Assembly (NCBI GenBank): GCA_965285935.1
Contig: OZ260665.1
Span: 22,878,001-22,942,000 of the forward strand
Length of the DNA: 64,000 nucleotides
Source: Ophelia neglecta
Taxonomy: Eukaryota
Direction of reading: 5' to 3'
Shown one piece after another: positions 49,936-64,000 of the stretch; positions within the stretch are counted from its first letter, which is position 1, and every line of letters begins with the position of its first letter. Below the pieces are notes generated by a model. The model was given only the letters and a program-made list of their open reading frames with translations. It was not told the origin of the DNA and did no database searches. Position numbers and translations under genes: made by a program.

Positions 49936-52900
49936 TTTGTTGGCAATGAAGCAATATTAACCGTATTGTATTGTTTAACACTTACGGATTTGGTTGCACC
50001 GCAATCATATTTTTAGTTCGCCAGAAAATAATATAGTACTACAAATATGTAAAGTGAGATCAGCGCAGACTATTGTAGCTTTGAATATTATTCGCCTAAA
50101 CATTGAAACATTTTGTTTTGGTTAACGTGTGCATACTGGACTGCTTTCGTCGTTTGCAATCTTGCACCAGATAATGAGCACATACAAGTGAATGATAAAA
50201 GTGACGGGTACTGGAAGGCCTGCTGCCAATTAGTCTTAACATTGTTGCATCTATGATTGACATCAGGAATTTCATTAATGTTGTTTTTTCCGTTTTACCG
50301 ACAGCGCCATTGCAAATTTCAGCTGGTCCTAAATAGATTGGATTTCGAATATCAACTAGGCACTCAAATACCAACATTAGTCACTAATGACTTTTAGAAC
50401 AATGCCCCAGGCACTATTTCATTCATCGCATAATTGGGCCTGGTATTTACCTTTTTTTCATTCCTTTAAAACCAAACTAGCCATTTAACTTCACGTCTTT
50501 ATGGCAAAATAGAAGCTTTCGATTTTTTTTTGTTACAGCCCATTCCTCGAGAGCACTTTACATATTCCTGTGGCCCTTGTAACAACTTCCTGGCAGATTT
50601 TAACGGGAGACACGGAGTCCTGGTGTCAAAATCATTGAGCACTCTTGTATTTCGTATTGCAAATGATATCATTTTTTGTTTTCTAATGTTTTTTTTATTT
50701 AATCGGGAGATGTAAAATTATTTACTGGTCTAAGTGGTACCGTGGCTACTGGCTCCTGGTGTTTTCGGACCGGACTAACGATTGGCTGTGTCTGCCGAGT
50801 TACCACTCCGGTTTTATGTTGTTGTTCAAGGATGTTACAAATTGGTTCATAGATACTGTAGTCTACAAAACAATGCACCGTGAGAGAAGGTTCTCGTAGG
50901 CATATCACGTGCTTTCGAATGTGAATACCAAATGCAATGAAGACTAGCTAATCAGTAAAATATTTCTATCCTGGCAAAATCAATTTCGATTTATTCGAAT
51001 GTTTTTTTTCGAGGCACAAGGCAATGGTTTTCCATGTCCATTGGAAGTGCATGAATAGTTGTGTTTTGCTTTCTGTGTTATGTGGTATTTATGATACTGG
51101 TTGTGGAAAACATATACTTCAATGTTGCCTGATCACATGCCACGAGATTGCCTGTGAGTACCCTATTTGGTAGCCAAAAACTATGCAACAAAGGTGAAAG
51201 GCAACTGTTATTCCCAAAGGCTGCCAGATTCTGGTCCATTTTCATCTTGCCAACGGGTTGTTTCGAACTTGAAAATTGCAACAACTTCCTGCCGTTGTAA
51301 TGGCTTCTATTCGTTGAAGCCGGAAAAAATCGAAATCAACGCAGAAGAGGGAATCCATGCGGTAGTTGCGTTGCCATTGGCGCAACTATGTAATACAACA
51401 CCGCTTAATTAGAGGTTTCGGAAGTTGTTCCCAGGTGTTAATCGTCAAAATGTAGAGATCAGATTTATGTATTTTAGGAACTCACGCGGTGAAACCCACG
51501 TGTTAAGGTCTTCTATTAATGCATGTATGTTTGTCAAGAATTATTGGGAAATCATCTTTTATAACATTCGTGATATTCCAATTATATTTTTCGAAAAATG
51601 TGCATTATTTTAAGCAAAATGCCAAGTACTATTAAGGAATATACAGCATTGGCTTTTCGGCAAGTAAAAAATGCAGTTACCAAGGCTTTGGCAATTTGGA
51701 CTTGGTCATACCTAGAACATTCTGACCGATTCCATTGAACATTCTTGGTTGATGATTTGGCTCAATAATAAACCATCAAAAAGGTCAGAATTCCTCAGGA
51801 AATGAAATAAAATAAATTACATTTTATTGAATCACGTGAAACGAGAATGGGTCAGCTAGGGCGAAAGTACAACATTGTGCATATGAGGTAGCGATGGTAT
51901 ATTCCTTCTTTCAAAAGTAAGCCAGCAGGGGATTCTTCTGTCGTTACATATGTTTTATATAGGATTAAATTCAAGCCCATGACGAAAATGAATTATTCCC
52001 TGTGATATAAGACATAAGTTCTCTTATAAGGCACTTAATGTGACCCTTATACAAGATATTAGAAGCATGTTTTACAGCCTTTTACATTTTACCAACGCAC
52101 ATGGAGCGAGAAATGTTTTACAAAGTCTGACTCTAATTATATAATACAACCATCCGCATTACATTGTGCGGATTTCGACAAAAATGTCCCTTTATTGTGC
52201 GCATAATGCATTGCGCGATGTAGCTGTGTCATCTTGTAAAACAGCAACCCCTAAGCAATTCCATGGGACACCTTTAGAGAAAAATTAGTGTATGTGAAAA
52301 AAGTACTTGCCTATAGTCCGACATGTCGAGTAATAGCAAGGATCGAAGTTAAAGGGCGCTGAATATGGGCTTTATTAACGGCTGCAATGAAACTGCGTGA
52401 GAGATACGCCATCTGTAGTCAATAAGAGTCATACAATAAAACAATTGGGGCCATATTTAGATGTGGCCGCATTATTCTAAGAGCACATTGTAAACACTCA
52501 TAAGTGTCATATACGTTGAAGAGGACATGAATGGCTTTATGTTACATCGCTTCTATATGAATCGGTAGTTAGGCTGATTCGATACAAGGATTTAAGTTCA
52601 CCCTAGTTCCATCTTCCGCTCACTCAGCTATTATTTGTGTACCAAAATACCCACATGTTAAACCGAACATAGGGAGATGACCAAGTTTTGATATGATATT
52701 CAATGTATAAATCAACATTTTCTGAAGAAAAGTTGGCTTTGATAATCATTGTAAACTAATTTGAACACCACAGGTTTATTGCCGTAGATATGAACATCAG
52801 GACACAATAATGCCAACTATCTGATGAAAGATAATGTTTAAAAATTCCTAAACTTTACCAATTAAGAATTGAAGGAAGGAAACAATGTATTGTTCCTTTC

Positions 52901-55900
52901 AAAAGTCTTTATCAATGGTACATTTAACACTCGTGGATAAACAGGGCAATAACAGAATACACATTTTAACAGCATTAAATAATATTATTATTTTTCCTCT
53001 TAATTTCCTAGTTATAAAATCCGTGCATTAAGTAAGTTTCAAATAATACCAGGCTTGTCGGACATGCTTAAACAAAGCAGCGTCAAAGAGCACAGAAATC
53101 AGCTTAAACAGTATTCCACCACATGACTGTTATCAGGCCCATGACGTCAACAACTTGTCACTGGAGTGAGTACTCTTTTTCTGTTTGCGAAGTAAAGTCT
53201 GCTTCCGTTTTCAGAAATTGTACAAATATTGACCATGAATGATGTGAATGCTGCCTGCTTTTCCAGTTCCTAATATAGCATGCTGCCTACTACGAAATGA
53301 GTTCAGAACTGAGCATTGTAGAGCCTTAACACTGATACAGAGAATTATGTAAATATATAAAGCCCTAATCGTGCTTTGAATTCTAATGTATATTTAATGT
53401 TTATCTATTGTACATATTTTCCTTTCTGTACCCATGATAGTCCCGACAATAAATAAATGTTTATAGTGTATTCCTAGCTTTATGTTTGTATCTGTTTACA
53501 ATCGAATATATACAAAATAGATAGCAGTATTGCAATGTTTGCTGCCTACATTCCTTAAAACAAATTAGAAAATTTGTCCGTGCATTACTTTTCGATCACA
53601 AAGTCAAGAATTATAGAAGTAGTTGGGACTTCACAACGATGTGGATTTGCCCATGATTGAAGTTATTTTATCAGAATTAAACTCACCTGTAAAAGTATGT
53701 GCTATCTTAGCATTCTAGCTTGACTTCTATAAGAACAATGCGACAATAATCTTTATGACACGGACGTGTCAAACCTTATGATCTTATGAAGCATACTATT
53801 CGACAGGAACTTATTTGAACATTTTTTTTTATAAATGTTTACGGTGTCTAATGGAAAGAAACGTTGACAATTGCACGTAGGGAAAATGTCTCATGTGTCA
53901 GTTTGATATTATGAAATGAGTCTGACAATGTAAAATAAACCTTTAAACGAGTTACTGATATTAACATATACCTGCTTGTACGTGTATGTTTACCATAAAC
54001 TAAGTCTTTGCCTACTACGACATGCATAAATGTGAAAATCAATAGAATATAGAACTTATTTTACAAGTTATATTAAGACTGTTGAATAATAAATTGTCTG
54101 GTGAATATTCCAAACTTTTGGGATAGTCCATTTTTGTTGGACATGTATTTGTGGCAAGCCTCGATTGTCAAACAAGCGCATATGATAATAATAATCCTCA
54201 CAGACAACTGTTTATAAAACGTGAGCCTACATAACAACTTAACAGTACATGGCTGATTAATAACCTCATTCAACATCCAAGTATAGTTATAAATAGCTTT
54301 AATAAAGTGTTCAATAAGTAAGAAGTGCGTATTTGCTATGTTGATATAGGATCGGCCCCTAAAATCAGTTATGGCATCGGCCTGTTTTCGATTGATGAAA
54401 TTTAATCACAAGTTTGTTTCCGGAGAAGAGCTGAGAATGAGAAACTAAAATATAATGAATGCCCATTATCCATGGCGTAGACAATAAATTTGACATGATA
54501 TTATCAGTACCTGGAAGCACCTGCACATTTCTTAAATAATGATCCAAATGTTTGACACGTCATATGATTGTATCTAATTGTCGTCCGAAGGTGGGGCCCA
54601 CTGTCATATTGTTTACTCGTATCATTACCAACTGTTGACTGAGGGACGGGATTCACCTTTCTTATTGAGTGATGTCTAAATTTGGTGAGAGAGGGGCGTG
54701 GGACGATATTTGGCCTCAATCCGATGTCAGGCCAAGTTGATTTCATGATATTTAAATTTATTGAATACAGGCGTATGATTTTTCAAGTGTACATTTCGCT
54801 TAACCTGGGAAAAGATTATAGATTTATCGTATAATGCTCCTTACACGCTATGCCTACGTCATCCACAAACGTTAAGAGTTGATAGGTCGAATATGTGATG
54901 TTTCGTCTGTAAATATGCCGGGGAGTCGGTATTATCATTCCCTGCTAAGCAAGCCAAGGGCCTCACACAGTTTGTGTACATGTGATTAGCATCGAAACGT
55001 AGGTATCAAAAATAGTACGATTGGTCATTTTTGGATCAATACGGTGATTTTATTGTTCAAAATGAAACGCGGTTTATGATAATGATGTTCCACGAATGAG
55101 GTCCACGTTTTCGCCACTCATCCTACTGATATTAATAACAATCTAAAATTTTTTTTTGTATATTATATAAGACTACTCCCTACACTTATCATGGTTCACA
55201 TATAACAGCACAATGTCAATCACAATTTTTACCTTTAGGGACCGAATATCCTTGCATTGCGGGGAGTGGTTTATTTAAACTTGGTGTCAGGGGAAAAATC
55301 TCCATTAACCCCACTTTTCTGACGATATTAAGTTGCCAGTATTCAAACATACGTGGCTTGGTCCCCATAGCCAAATTAAGCAGTCAAATCGAATGGCGAA
55401 AGAGCCGGTTGTGGATCGATTCGGATGGTAATTCAAGTAGTTGGAAATCACTAAAGTCAATGAATACACACTGGTGATACCAAGATCCAGCCCTGTCCCT
55501 GAATCAGCCACTTGTTGCATCTTGACTTAAAGAAATGACTTAAAAATAAGCAAGCGGAGGCAGATGCAATAGAAATGCATCTCATAATATCGATGTCTAT
55601 CTTCATTGATAAAATAATCAATTATTTATGTACTAAGAAAAAACCGCCACAATTGTGATACATATATATGTATGTTGTTTTATCGGTCAGTCCGAATTCG
55701 GCAGGAAACTTTAACTGCAGACGCATATATATCGGCTTGTCTCTACACAATTTATTAAATGCTTCAATGGAAAACATGGGATCAACGGCATTGAATTGTA
55801 GACAACAGTTACTGAATCCAACCATAGTTGAATGGAATCATCAGTCAACATAGAGTAGATATTAAATAGGCCATAGAAGATACTGCGATGGACTACGCCC

Positions 55901-58900
55901 TGTAAATATGAGACTCTGAACATGTTTAATTATGTTCCGAACCAATCTCCGAGAATGATGTTAAAGGTATTTGCTGTTAGAATAGGAAGCCTCTTGAGAG
56001 AACATGAGCAGGATTTTTCCGCAACATGTTCATACGATGCCACGGCATTTAATGCATGCGAAACAAGTTATCTTTTTTGCAGATAACGGCGTAGGTGTGA
56101 ATTGACCGAAATAAGTTGATAATAATGCTCGAAACATTTTGGAAATTAACATGGTGCAATATAACTTGATCAGTAAGTATCAGATTTTAAATATTTATTA
56201 CATATATTTTTAAGTTAATAGTTTATTTTAAGGACACATGTCTTTGAGAAATGAAAGACGGACACTTAAAGTTCAGGTTAATGTAACTAGGGAAACTTCT
56301 TGTTAAACGACACATATTATTTCACTTGTAATTGGGTAAATGCAGGATGAAGATGTAAACAATATTACAAATAAAATTTTCTGAGTACAGAACATATATA
56401 GACGAAATAAACACTCTTAATCATAGCATTTTCCTCGTCTTGGTTAATTATATATATTGTTAGATTGTGTAGATTTGCACTGGGCTACTAGTATTTATAT
56501 TGGAAAACTTGTGTGCAGCTAATATGTTGGAACAACGAATAGCATTCATATCATGCTCTCCATTATTTTTGGCTACTTTATGATTACAATAAAGATGTCC
56601 TGTGTGTCTCCTATAACTTACTTGGCGGGTTGAGCGACCACCGAAGTGTCTGTTGGTGGTATTGGTTGACCAATATCATCACTGAAACACTGAGGTGTTT
56701 GATCTACTGTTACAACCCTATACCACTGTCTGGCTGTTATGTATTTTGCACCTGGATCGTTTGAAATTAGCAAAGATTCTAAGTGGTATTTTCGTGGGAA
56801 CCATAGAAGCATAATATATACTCTGCATATATAATGGGACCTTATACTTAAATCGTTCGTGGCATAATAATACGCCATGATCAGGTGATATTATGTAGTG
56901 TACTATCATCATTGCTTAGCTCTGTATATACTTAGTATAGCATACACAAACCTCACCCAAACTACAGTTTGTTAATATTATACAATGGGATTTTTTATAC
57001 AATAACTATTCAACATTATCTGAACTTTTATCATTCAGACTTCATAGGTTCTCAGCCAACACGCTTGTCATATGATTATTGAAGGACATTGATCCTTATG
57101 ATATATGAATATCGCTTTTTTATCATTTTTCATATAATGAATAACATACAGTGGCCACTTTTGCAAAGGTAAAGAAACAAAAGCCCGATAAAAACACCAT
57201 TCACACCATGATACTTTATATTAAAGCAGAGTACATGTGCATCAAGAAAAAGCATGTAAGTTGATATTGGGAAATAACAGTGAATGAAGCCCCGATATTG
57301 CTTGGAACAGCATGCAATTGCTGCTAGGTCCGGATCTTTGAATGCCTCATTGGCAGGGCTGGAGGATGGAGAGTTTTTCTTTGTTATTGGGGTCGATACC
57401 ATCGGCCTTAATTAATAATTCTAACCAGGTCCCTGAATCTCATTGTCCGTTTGAGATTCAGCTAATTGTGCTGCCAACTCGTACCTCAACCAGCTGGTTT
57501 ACGTGTTAATTATTGACCAAGGGAATTGAAAGTCCTTTATCAGAGCGTTTAGTAAGTAAATCGACATTGAACCATGTTTGATTGACCAATCAGTCTGTTT
57601 CAAATAAGACTCTCAAGGTAGAAGTTATGTATCATGCATTGCATTTTAAAGTATTTGCGTTATCAAGGCTATTACATAAAAATAATGACCCCGCTTGTAT
57701 TCCAAGTATATGGTACGAGCAACGTCTAACAGTGACATTGGAGTCGAGTTACACGACTCCCAATGTTCATCTCGATAGTCTCATGTTCTATTATATCGTA
57801 GCATTGTTTTTGTATTAAACAAAACTAAAAATCCTCATACGGACAGAAATATGATATGAACCAAGCTTACAATTTGCTTTTGTTACAATAGTTTTATCAT
57901 AGTGTTCCATGAAATTAATAAATACTGTATTTATTCAATTATAGGAAATGAATTTAAAAGATATGTTGCAGGGATACATAGGAGACAATTATTTTGGATT
58001 GTATAAGACTAAGAAAACATACTAAATCACGAAGAAAATCAACAACAAAATTCGATGGCTCTTGATAGTTTGGCTTATGGAATGAAAATGCTCTTCACGG
58101 CGGTTTTCTTGTCAGATCAGATCGGACATGCGGTAAACCAAGACGTTTTACTAGCAGAAAACTTTCTCACGCACATTTAGTCATACGTTTAAGCGTGGAG
58201 TATCATTGCAAAGTTAGAATGGAGAGTGATCGTTGCCTACGTTACATTTTCGCGGGCAGAAAACGTTCGCGAAATGCGCGGTAACTAACATGTCTTGTTT
58301 ACAGTAATGCAGCTTGTTCAGGTCTCCGCGACACTTGAAGGCGGATAAAGCCTTATATAAACACTGCTGGAGAGCCCTCCCAGCACAACACAAACACATG
58401 GCCGTGCTGAATAGGTTGAAGGGAGTATAAATGGCTTCCTGTAGCACTGTTATTACACGACTCGTAAGCTATACTGGGTTCAATTAGGCATGTTATCAAA
58501 CTTAATTACACACATATGAAACGTCAGTAACACACATAACCGAATACAACTGCTGCTACCCTTGTGTTTATATAGAACATCAGGAAGTATAACCCTCTAC
58601 AATATGTAAAAACCGCGAATTCTCTTCAATCTGTTATCTGAAGATCGTCTCGTATTGGCAGAAAGCAACAGAACTACATTAGGTCGAAGTTTTCCATAAT
58701 TAAATTGGTATTTATTATTCAATACACTAGTATGCATGTGATTCATCATTAGTTGCACTAGTATAGAATGATATTAGGACCTCTGCATAATTAGTAGTTG
58801 AAACTGATCGTAAAATTAATTATTTAAACGTAATACCGTTATATAACTAAGTGCTAGGAAAACTAGTCGGTAAGTTATACAATCATTATCAATCGTTTTA

Positions 58901-61900
58901 AATTGTGACGTAAATGTTAGACTTTTTTACTTTAGAAAATAGGTAGGAGCATATTACTGTCAAATGATAACTATGCCCGTAGCTGATGCGAATCTTAAAT
59001 GACTGCCTTTTACTTCACCATGTTAACCTCTTAAACAGCAGCAGCTCACAAATGTTTGCGTTCTTTGGCGTCAGGGGACCTAACAATGTTTATATATGAC
59101 TTGATTTCCTTTTCTGTATGTAAAAACAATAAATTAAAGCTATTGAATAATGAGGACAGCTGGCGTTCGAAATTAATTAACTTAAAGTCTCGTGTCAACA
59201 TGCGTTTCCTGAGCTTAAGCAGTGGTCTTAAGAAATGTGAGATAATTATAAATAACTTGGTTTATCAAAAAAAATTTCAGGTATGCCCAAAATGTTTACT
59301 ATCTAAATTATTAGTTTGTATGAGACAAATTTGTTTCAATTCATTTTGAAAAATGACATTTGTTGGATTTTAAAAAGGGAACTTTGTTAATGGCTAAAGT
59401 GATGAATAGTAATGTGACCAATTTTGTCGTGAAGAATTTTGGTTTAATTTAAATTGGAAATTGACATTTGCCAGATTTTAAACAATGGGAACTTGGTTAA
59501 TGCTGAATATTCCAGCGATGAAGAATGCAATTAGTTCTGAATATTCTAATCCCAATATGACTACCTTACATGGTTTCAAAATATGCAAGTCATTATCAAA
59601 ATATGCAGGAATCGTTCCAACGGGTAAGATCTTAAGTGCGGGCAAATATATAAAAATTTATTTCAAAGTGGAGCTCGTGCATAGGTTATATGCAATATGT
59701 GTGTATAGTTCTTTGAACACATACAGTATTCATTAAATTGGTTGGAAATTATAAGGCATCATCAGTGGCAAGCGGACTACCAATTATCTCCGAGTCCCCT
59801 AACCGTAACTCAGTTTGTAACGAAATTACTAATTCAGAAATCAAGTTTAAAAGTATCTAAAATGAGACTTCGCGCACAGAACATCTGAGTCACTGGTCAA
59901 CGTATGACAAACCAGAAATATGTCGTAGAAGAGTATATGGATTTGTTCCGATGAACGGAAGACGACGAATTATGTAAAATGCATTTTCTTCCTAAAGAGG
60001 TTAAATGTATTATATCTCCCGGAGAGGGCAATAACATGTTAAATGTGTAAAGGGAACACGTCATGCTTTCATTGTGAATCCGTGAATCTGCAAAATACGA
60101 TGTTATATCGATATGTTGGATATTCATATAGTCCCTAGCCTTATAATAAGCTGAATGTATCACTCAAACGTCCACCTCATGTTTATTTTTAAAAGTAAAA
60201 TTATAATTTAAACCACAAACAGTATAAATTAGTGGTCGCGCTTTGGCTACGAATGTATATTGAAAGTCTTAAACCGGTTCAATCAGGTGTGTTCAACTGT
60301 TGTAATACTAATCTATGAACTAGGTTATTGTCTACTAAGCACGATTAGTTATTCAGCAGCCGAAAAGCCAGTGTACGTCATAGAGGACCAGTGTAGTGTG
60401 GTCTCGTAGTTTGGTAACCTATCTTGCTATTTTTGAAATAAAGAATTAGTATGTAGTCACTTCAGACAGTATTCCTCCGTCTTCAGGTATCCGTCGCCTA
60501 AGGATTACAAACTTGTACAGGACGTTGAACGCTGTCGAGCCTCACCGCAAAGGACCACAAATGTACTGACTCAATAGAGTATCGTTGTCTAGAATGTACT
60601 TCTCATGGCCAAAACCAGAGTTCTATTGTTGATGCATGACAATGTACATTGTCGGTACAAGGGATAATATACGAAGAATTGGAAAATTCAAATCGTGATG
60701 CCTCGAGTAAATTCATCAACCTATTCATGGCATCGGAAAAACAAATGTGTGGGAGAAAAGATAAACCGGGTAGAGCTACTTAATATTTAACTACAAGAAA
60801 CACAAGAACTAATCATAAAATCAAACGTCCCACTTGCTTATCTACCTTTTAAGACACGCAAATTTAGGTTTATTATCGAGTGAACTGTCTGAGCGATAAA
60901 TGGTGAGGGCCGAGGATCAGAGCGGCGACATGATTATTAATTACACCACAGATAATGCAGCAACTGACGTAAAGTTGAACTTCCCGGTAGCAAATCTACC
61001 TGATACAACCCGGAATTGCACGTTTGTGATGAAATAAATCTTGTAGGCCTATCAGTCCAAGAATACAAAGTTGGGCATAGCGCACCGAAAATAATGCAAT
61101 GAATCACGTCCGGCAATTATTATAAAGGCGGCAAAAAAGCTTGGCGACCACTCAGAACTGGGCCCTGACAAATTGACATCCCTTCTCGGGAAAAGGAAAG
61201 GCTGCCACACACGTGTCTCATTATGCCCTAGGCACGGCTCATGTTAAAGGTCCTTCCAGACTTCAAAGCTATATGAAAAACGCCAACCTTGGAGCTTATA
61301 GTCGACACTCACATTATTACGCCTGTATCGATTTGAAGTATATCACCATCTCAAAAACCGGGTGAATACACTCCATACATACTAGGTATAATAGACCCCG
61401 AGCCCTCAGTAACGAAAATTTAGTAAAATGCCACTTGCTTTAGCTCACGTTTGTTGTGTTGACCTTTAAAGACATTTTTAATCTGCAGTGACAACTAAAA
61501 GTATAGTAAGTGACCTCAAGAATTTCCGAATCATCCGGCACGTACAATAAAACAATTGGCCGTTAATTATATATAGAACTTAATTGCAAGCAAAGTCGCA
61601 TTATTCAATGCTGAAGATTAATCATTGGTGAGGCACGGTCAACTGTTCATCCACTGTCTATACAACAGATCCTGTCAGAGTAAGCCTGCAGTTCAAGCGC
61701 TCTAGGCATTGTTTACCCAACAGATCGAAACCTAGTCATGTCCCACCGCAGTACCTTCTTAAATGCTGATGCTTAAAATAAAAAGTTGAATTTTTTTTAT
61801 AATTCTCAAAATGTTCGGAAGCCTCTGGCGCAAAAGGTAGCATACTCGGACACGAACGGTAAATTTCAATAACAGTGGGTTTTTCTGCCATCATTGGGGT

Positions 61901-64000
61901 AAGATGTTACCTATGTATGATCATTTATATATATTATATATGTTCAATTCTAAGGAATTACAAGAATATAAATTTCAAACTATTATCATCATTACTGCCT
62001 CAAAGAATATTGATAAAGTGAATGGCAAGTTTGGTAAAATGGATTTGATACAATGTTAAAAGGCTAAACTGTTCCATCACCACAATAAATAAAACTCATC
62101 GTAACGGTGGCTTTCATCAACATAGATTATGTTATAATACCACATTATAAAGGGTACTTGGAATAATTTTGTTTCCCTTAAAGCCACACCACAATAAATT
62201 ATGGACCATTTGTAACACAAGAAAGAAGAAAAAACTCCACCCCCCCCCCATCTCGCCAAAACTTAGTCATTTGCTCCTTGCTGCTCTGTTTTTGCTCTAT
62301 ATGATCTAGAGTTACCAATGGCTGTCATTGGAGGGAAGCCATTCTGATCTAACTAGCGAACTCGCCCCGAAACACAGCAACCATGTCTGGCTTTAAGATA
62401 ATGAACCTAATTATATATGACAATGAAAGTTTGTAATAAATCTATTAGGCCCACTTGCAATCTCTTGAGAAACTTTTGGCCATCATGAATAAGACTCGTC
62501 AGCTAGATCCTGACGCATATAAGGTTCATTCAAAAGTTCTGCTAGTTCCGGCCCCAGGAAATGACTATTATGTAAAGAAGGCTGCCCTCTGTCAGCCAAT
62601 CAGGTGCATTCTATCATACCACGTTAGGCGTAATACGGGCAAAGGAAGTAACGTTAGTAGACTTGAGCTAGTGCTAAGCTGACAGGGAATGACAGTTTTT
62701 TTTTGTTTAGAAATTACCATTTGAAGCCTCAGGCTTCTGTAAATCCAAAATATGAATTTAACTTTAACCAACCTCCCAGTGGTTAATAAAACAATAAACG
62801 CTAAGTGCGGAACTGAAGCCCCCACCCCCTCCTCGGGATTATTGTTTGATTTATTTGTTTTAAATAGTGTAATATATCTTAGGTGCGTACCCAAGCCATT
62901 CTAATAAATTTGGAACAAACTGTCTATAAATTTCAATAGAGATTCATTGTGAACAAACACTTCAGTGACGCGCGGGCTTTATTAGGAAAGCGCGTGACCA
63001 CTTGTACTGGTTTTTATTTTTTACGAGTATGTGGTACAGAGTACAAAATACACTTGGGGTGTGATTGGATTAACTTGGTGCTTGGATTATATTTCCATCT
63101 AGGAGCAGTGGGTTGTCTTATTTCCAAATTTGTTAGTGAGAGCTTATTTCAAAATGTGAAGTTGGACAAAACAACCCCGCCTACTTCTCTCTTTCGGATC
63201 TTAAATGGACCTGCCTCGATCGTAATTTGAATACAGACGATGACAAATATATTGGATGTTCAAGATTGCTGCACTAAGAGGGGGCTATTGAAGTGTCGAC
63301 AGCAAATTACTTAGCCAAACATTTCGAAAACTTGATTTTTGTACTGCACTGGAAGATTTCCTGATATAAGCTCCTTTCTGACACTGTCTGTCTCTTCGAC
63401 TGAAAGGCTTTCGAGGATTTCATCTACAATGAGCCATTTTAATCCTTTGATCGGTGACGGAGAAAACTAAGAGCTGACGGTCAACAGTGATATCAGTTTT
63501 AATTGCACGGACTACCTTAGCTCGTAATCTAGAAATAGAACGCCAGATATGGAGGTACATAGATATATTTGTATTTTTAATAGGTTTTCTCTTATTGTTT
63601 ATAAAGGTATCAGTCTTATCAACATATTTATTTCCATGTCCTACGGCTGGTTTCAACACGTTAGAACAGGATTTTGATTACTCTGAAAAAAACTGTCTCA
63701 ATAATATCGCCCGCTAGAAAGATGCATTACATTTACAATATAAAATTATTGTAGTTTATTAACTGCATTATACCATTTCCACTCTTCATACATTTTTTTA
63801 CCTATACTTAGTTTGTTCATTACTTTCTCCGTAATGATCTAAATCTGTGTCATAATTTATAGGGTGTTTGACTCATTAATCTTATTATGTGATTGATATG
63901 CACAAGTAAATGTGAGCCATTAAATGCTTATTGAGATATCATGGCCCAAAGTTACTATATTATGCTTAACAGAGGACAAAGGTACTAATTTCACCTGACA

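Noticed and set aside
57140-57410. QEKACKLILG peptide suggesting a LINE RT remnant
   Set aside because: The flanking conserved motifs are absent.

Overview
AT-rich, intron-containing animal genomic DNA, probably from an invertebrate; the SINE type hints at a lophotrochozoan. One host gene can be reconstructed on the + strand: a 7-coding-exon synaptotagmin-15-like gene (CDS 26265..36812, 1245 nt, 414 aa, tandem C2A/C2B domains, all introns GT-AG with consistent phases) that has no detectable N-terminal transmembrane helix. Its first coding intron holds an apparently intact, sense-oriented two-ORF non-LTR retrotransposon. ORF1 (27710..29245) has a coiled coil and an RRM-like domain. ORF2 (29190..32747) has an APE endonuclease, an RT and a CCHC knuckle. 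The element ends in a 3' stem-loop and an (AAAT)4 tail. The rest of the window (about 1-25.7 kb and 38-64 kb) has no convincing coding exon. It contains decayed repeats (a tRNA-derived SINE, LINE tails, a Penelope-like remnant, MITE-like inverted-repeat elements, small tandem duplications), G-rich tracts and a few candidate promoter or first-exon signals. I found no clear new multi-gene system. The best leads are the intact LINE with a perfect hairpin at its ORF1/ORF2 overlap, its possible effect on the host transcript, and the TM-less, Cys-containing SYT15-like N-terminus. All family assignments come from motif recognition by eye, with no database search.
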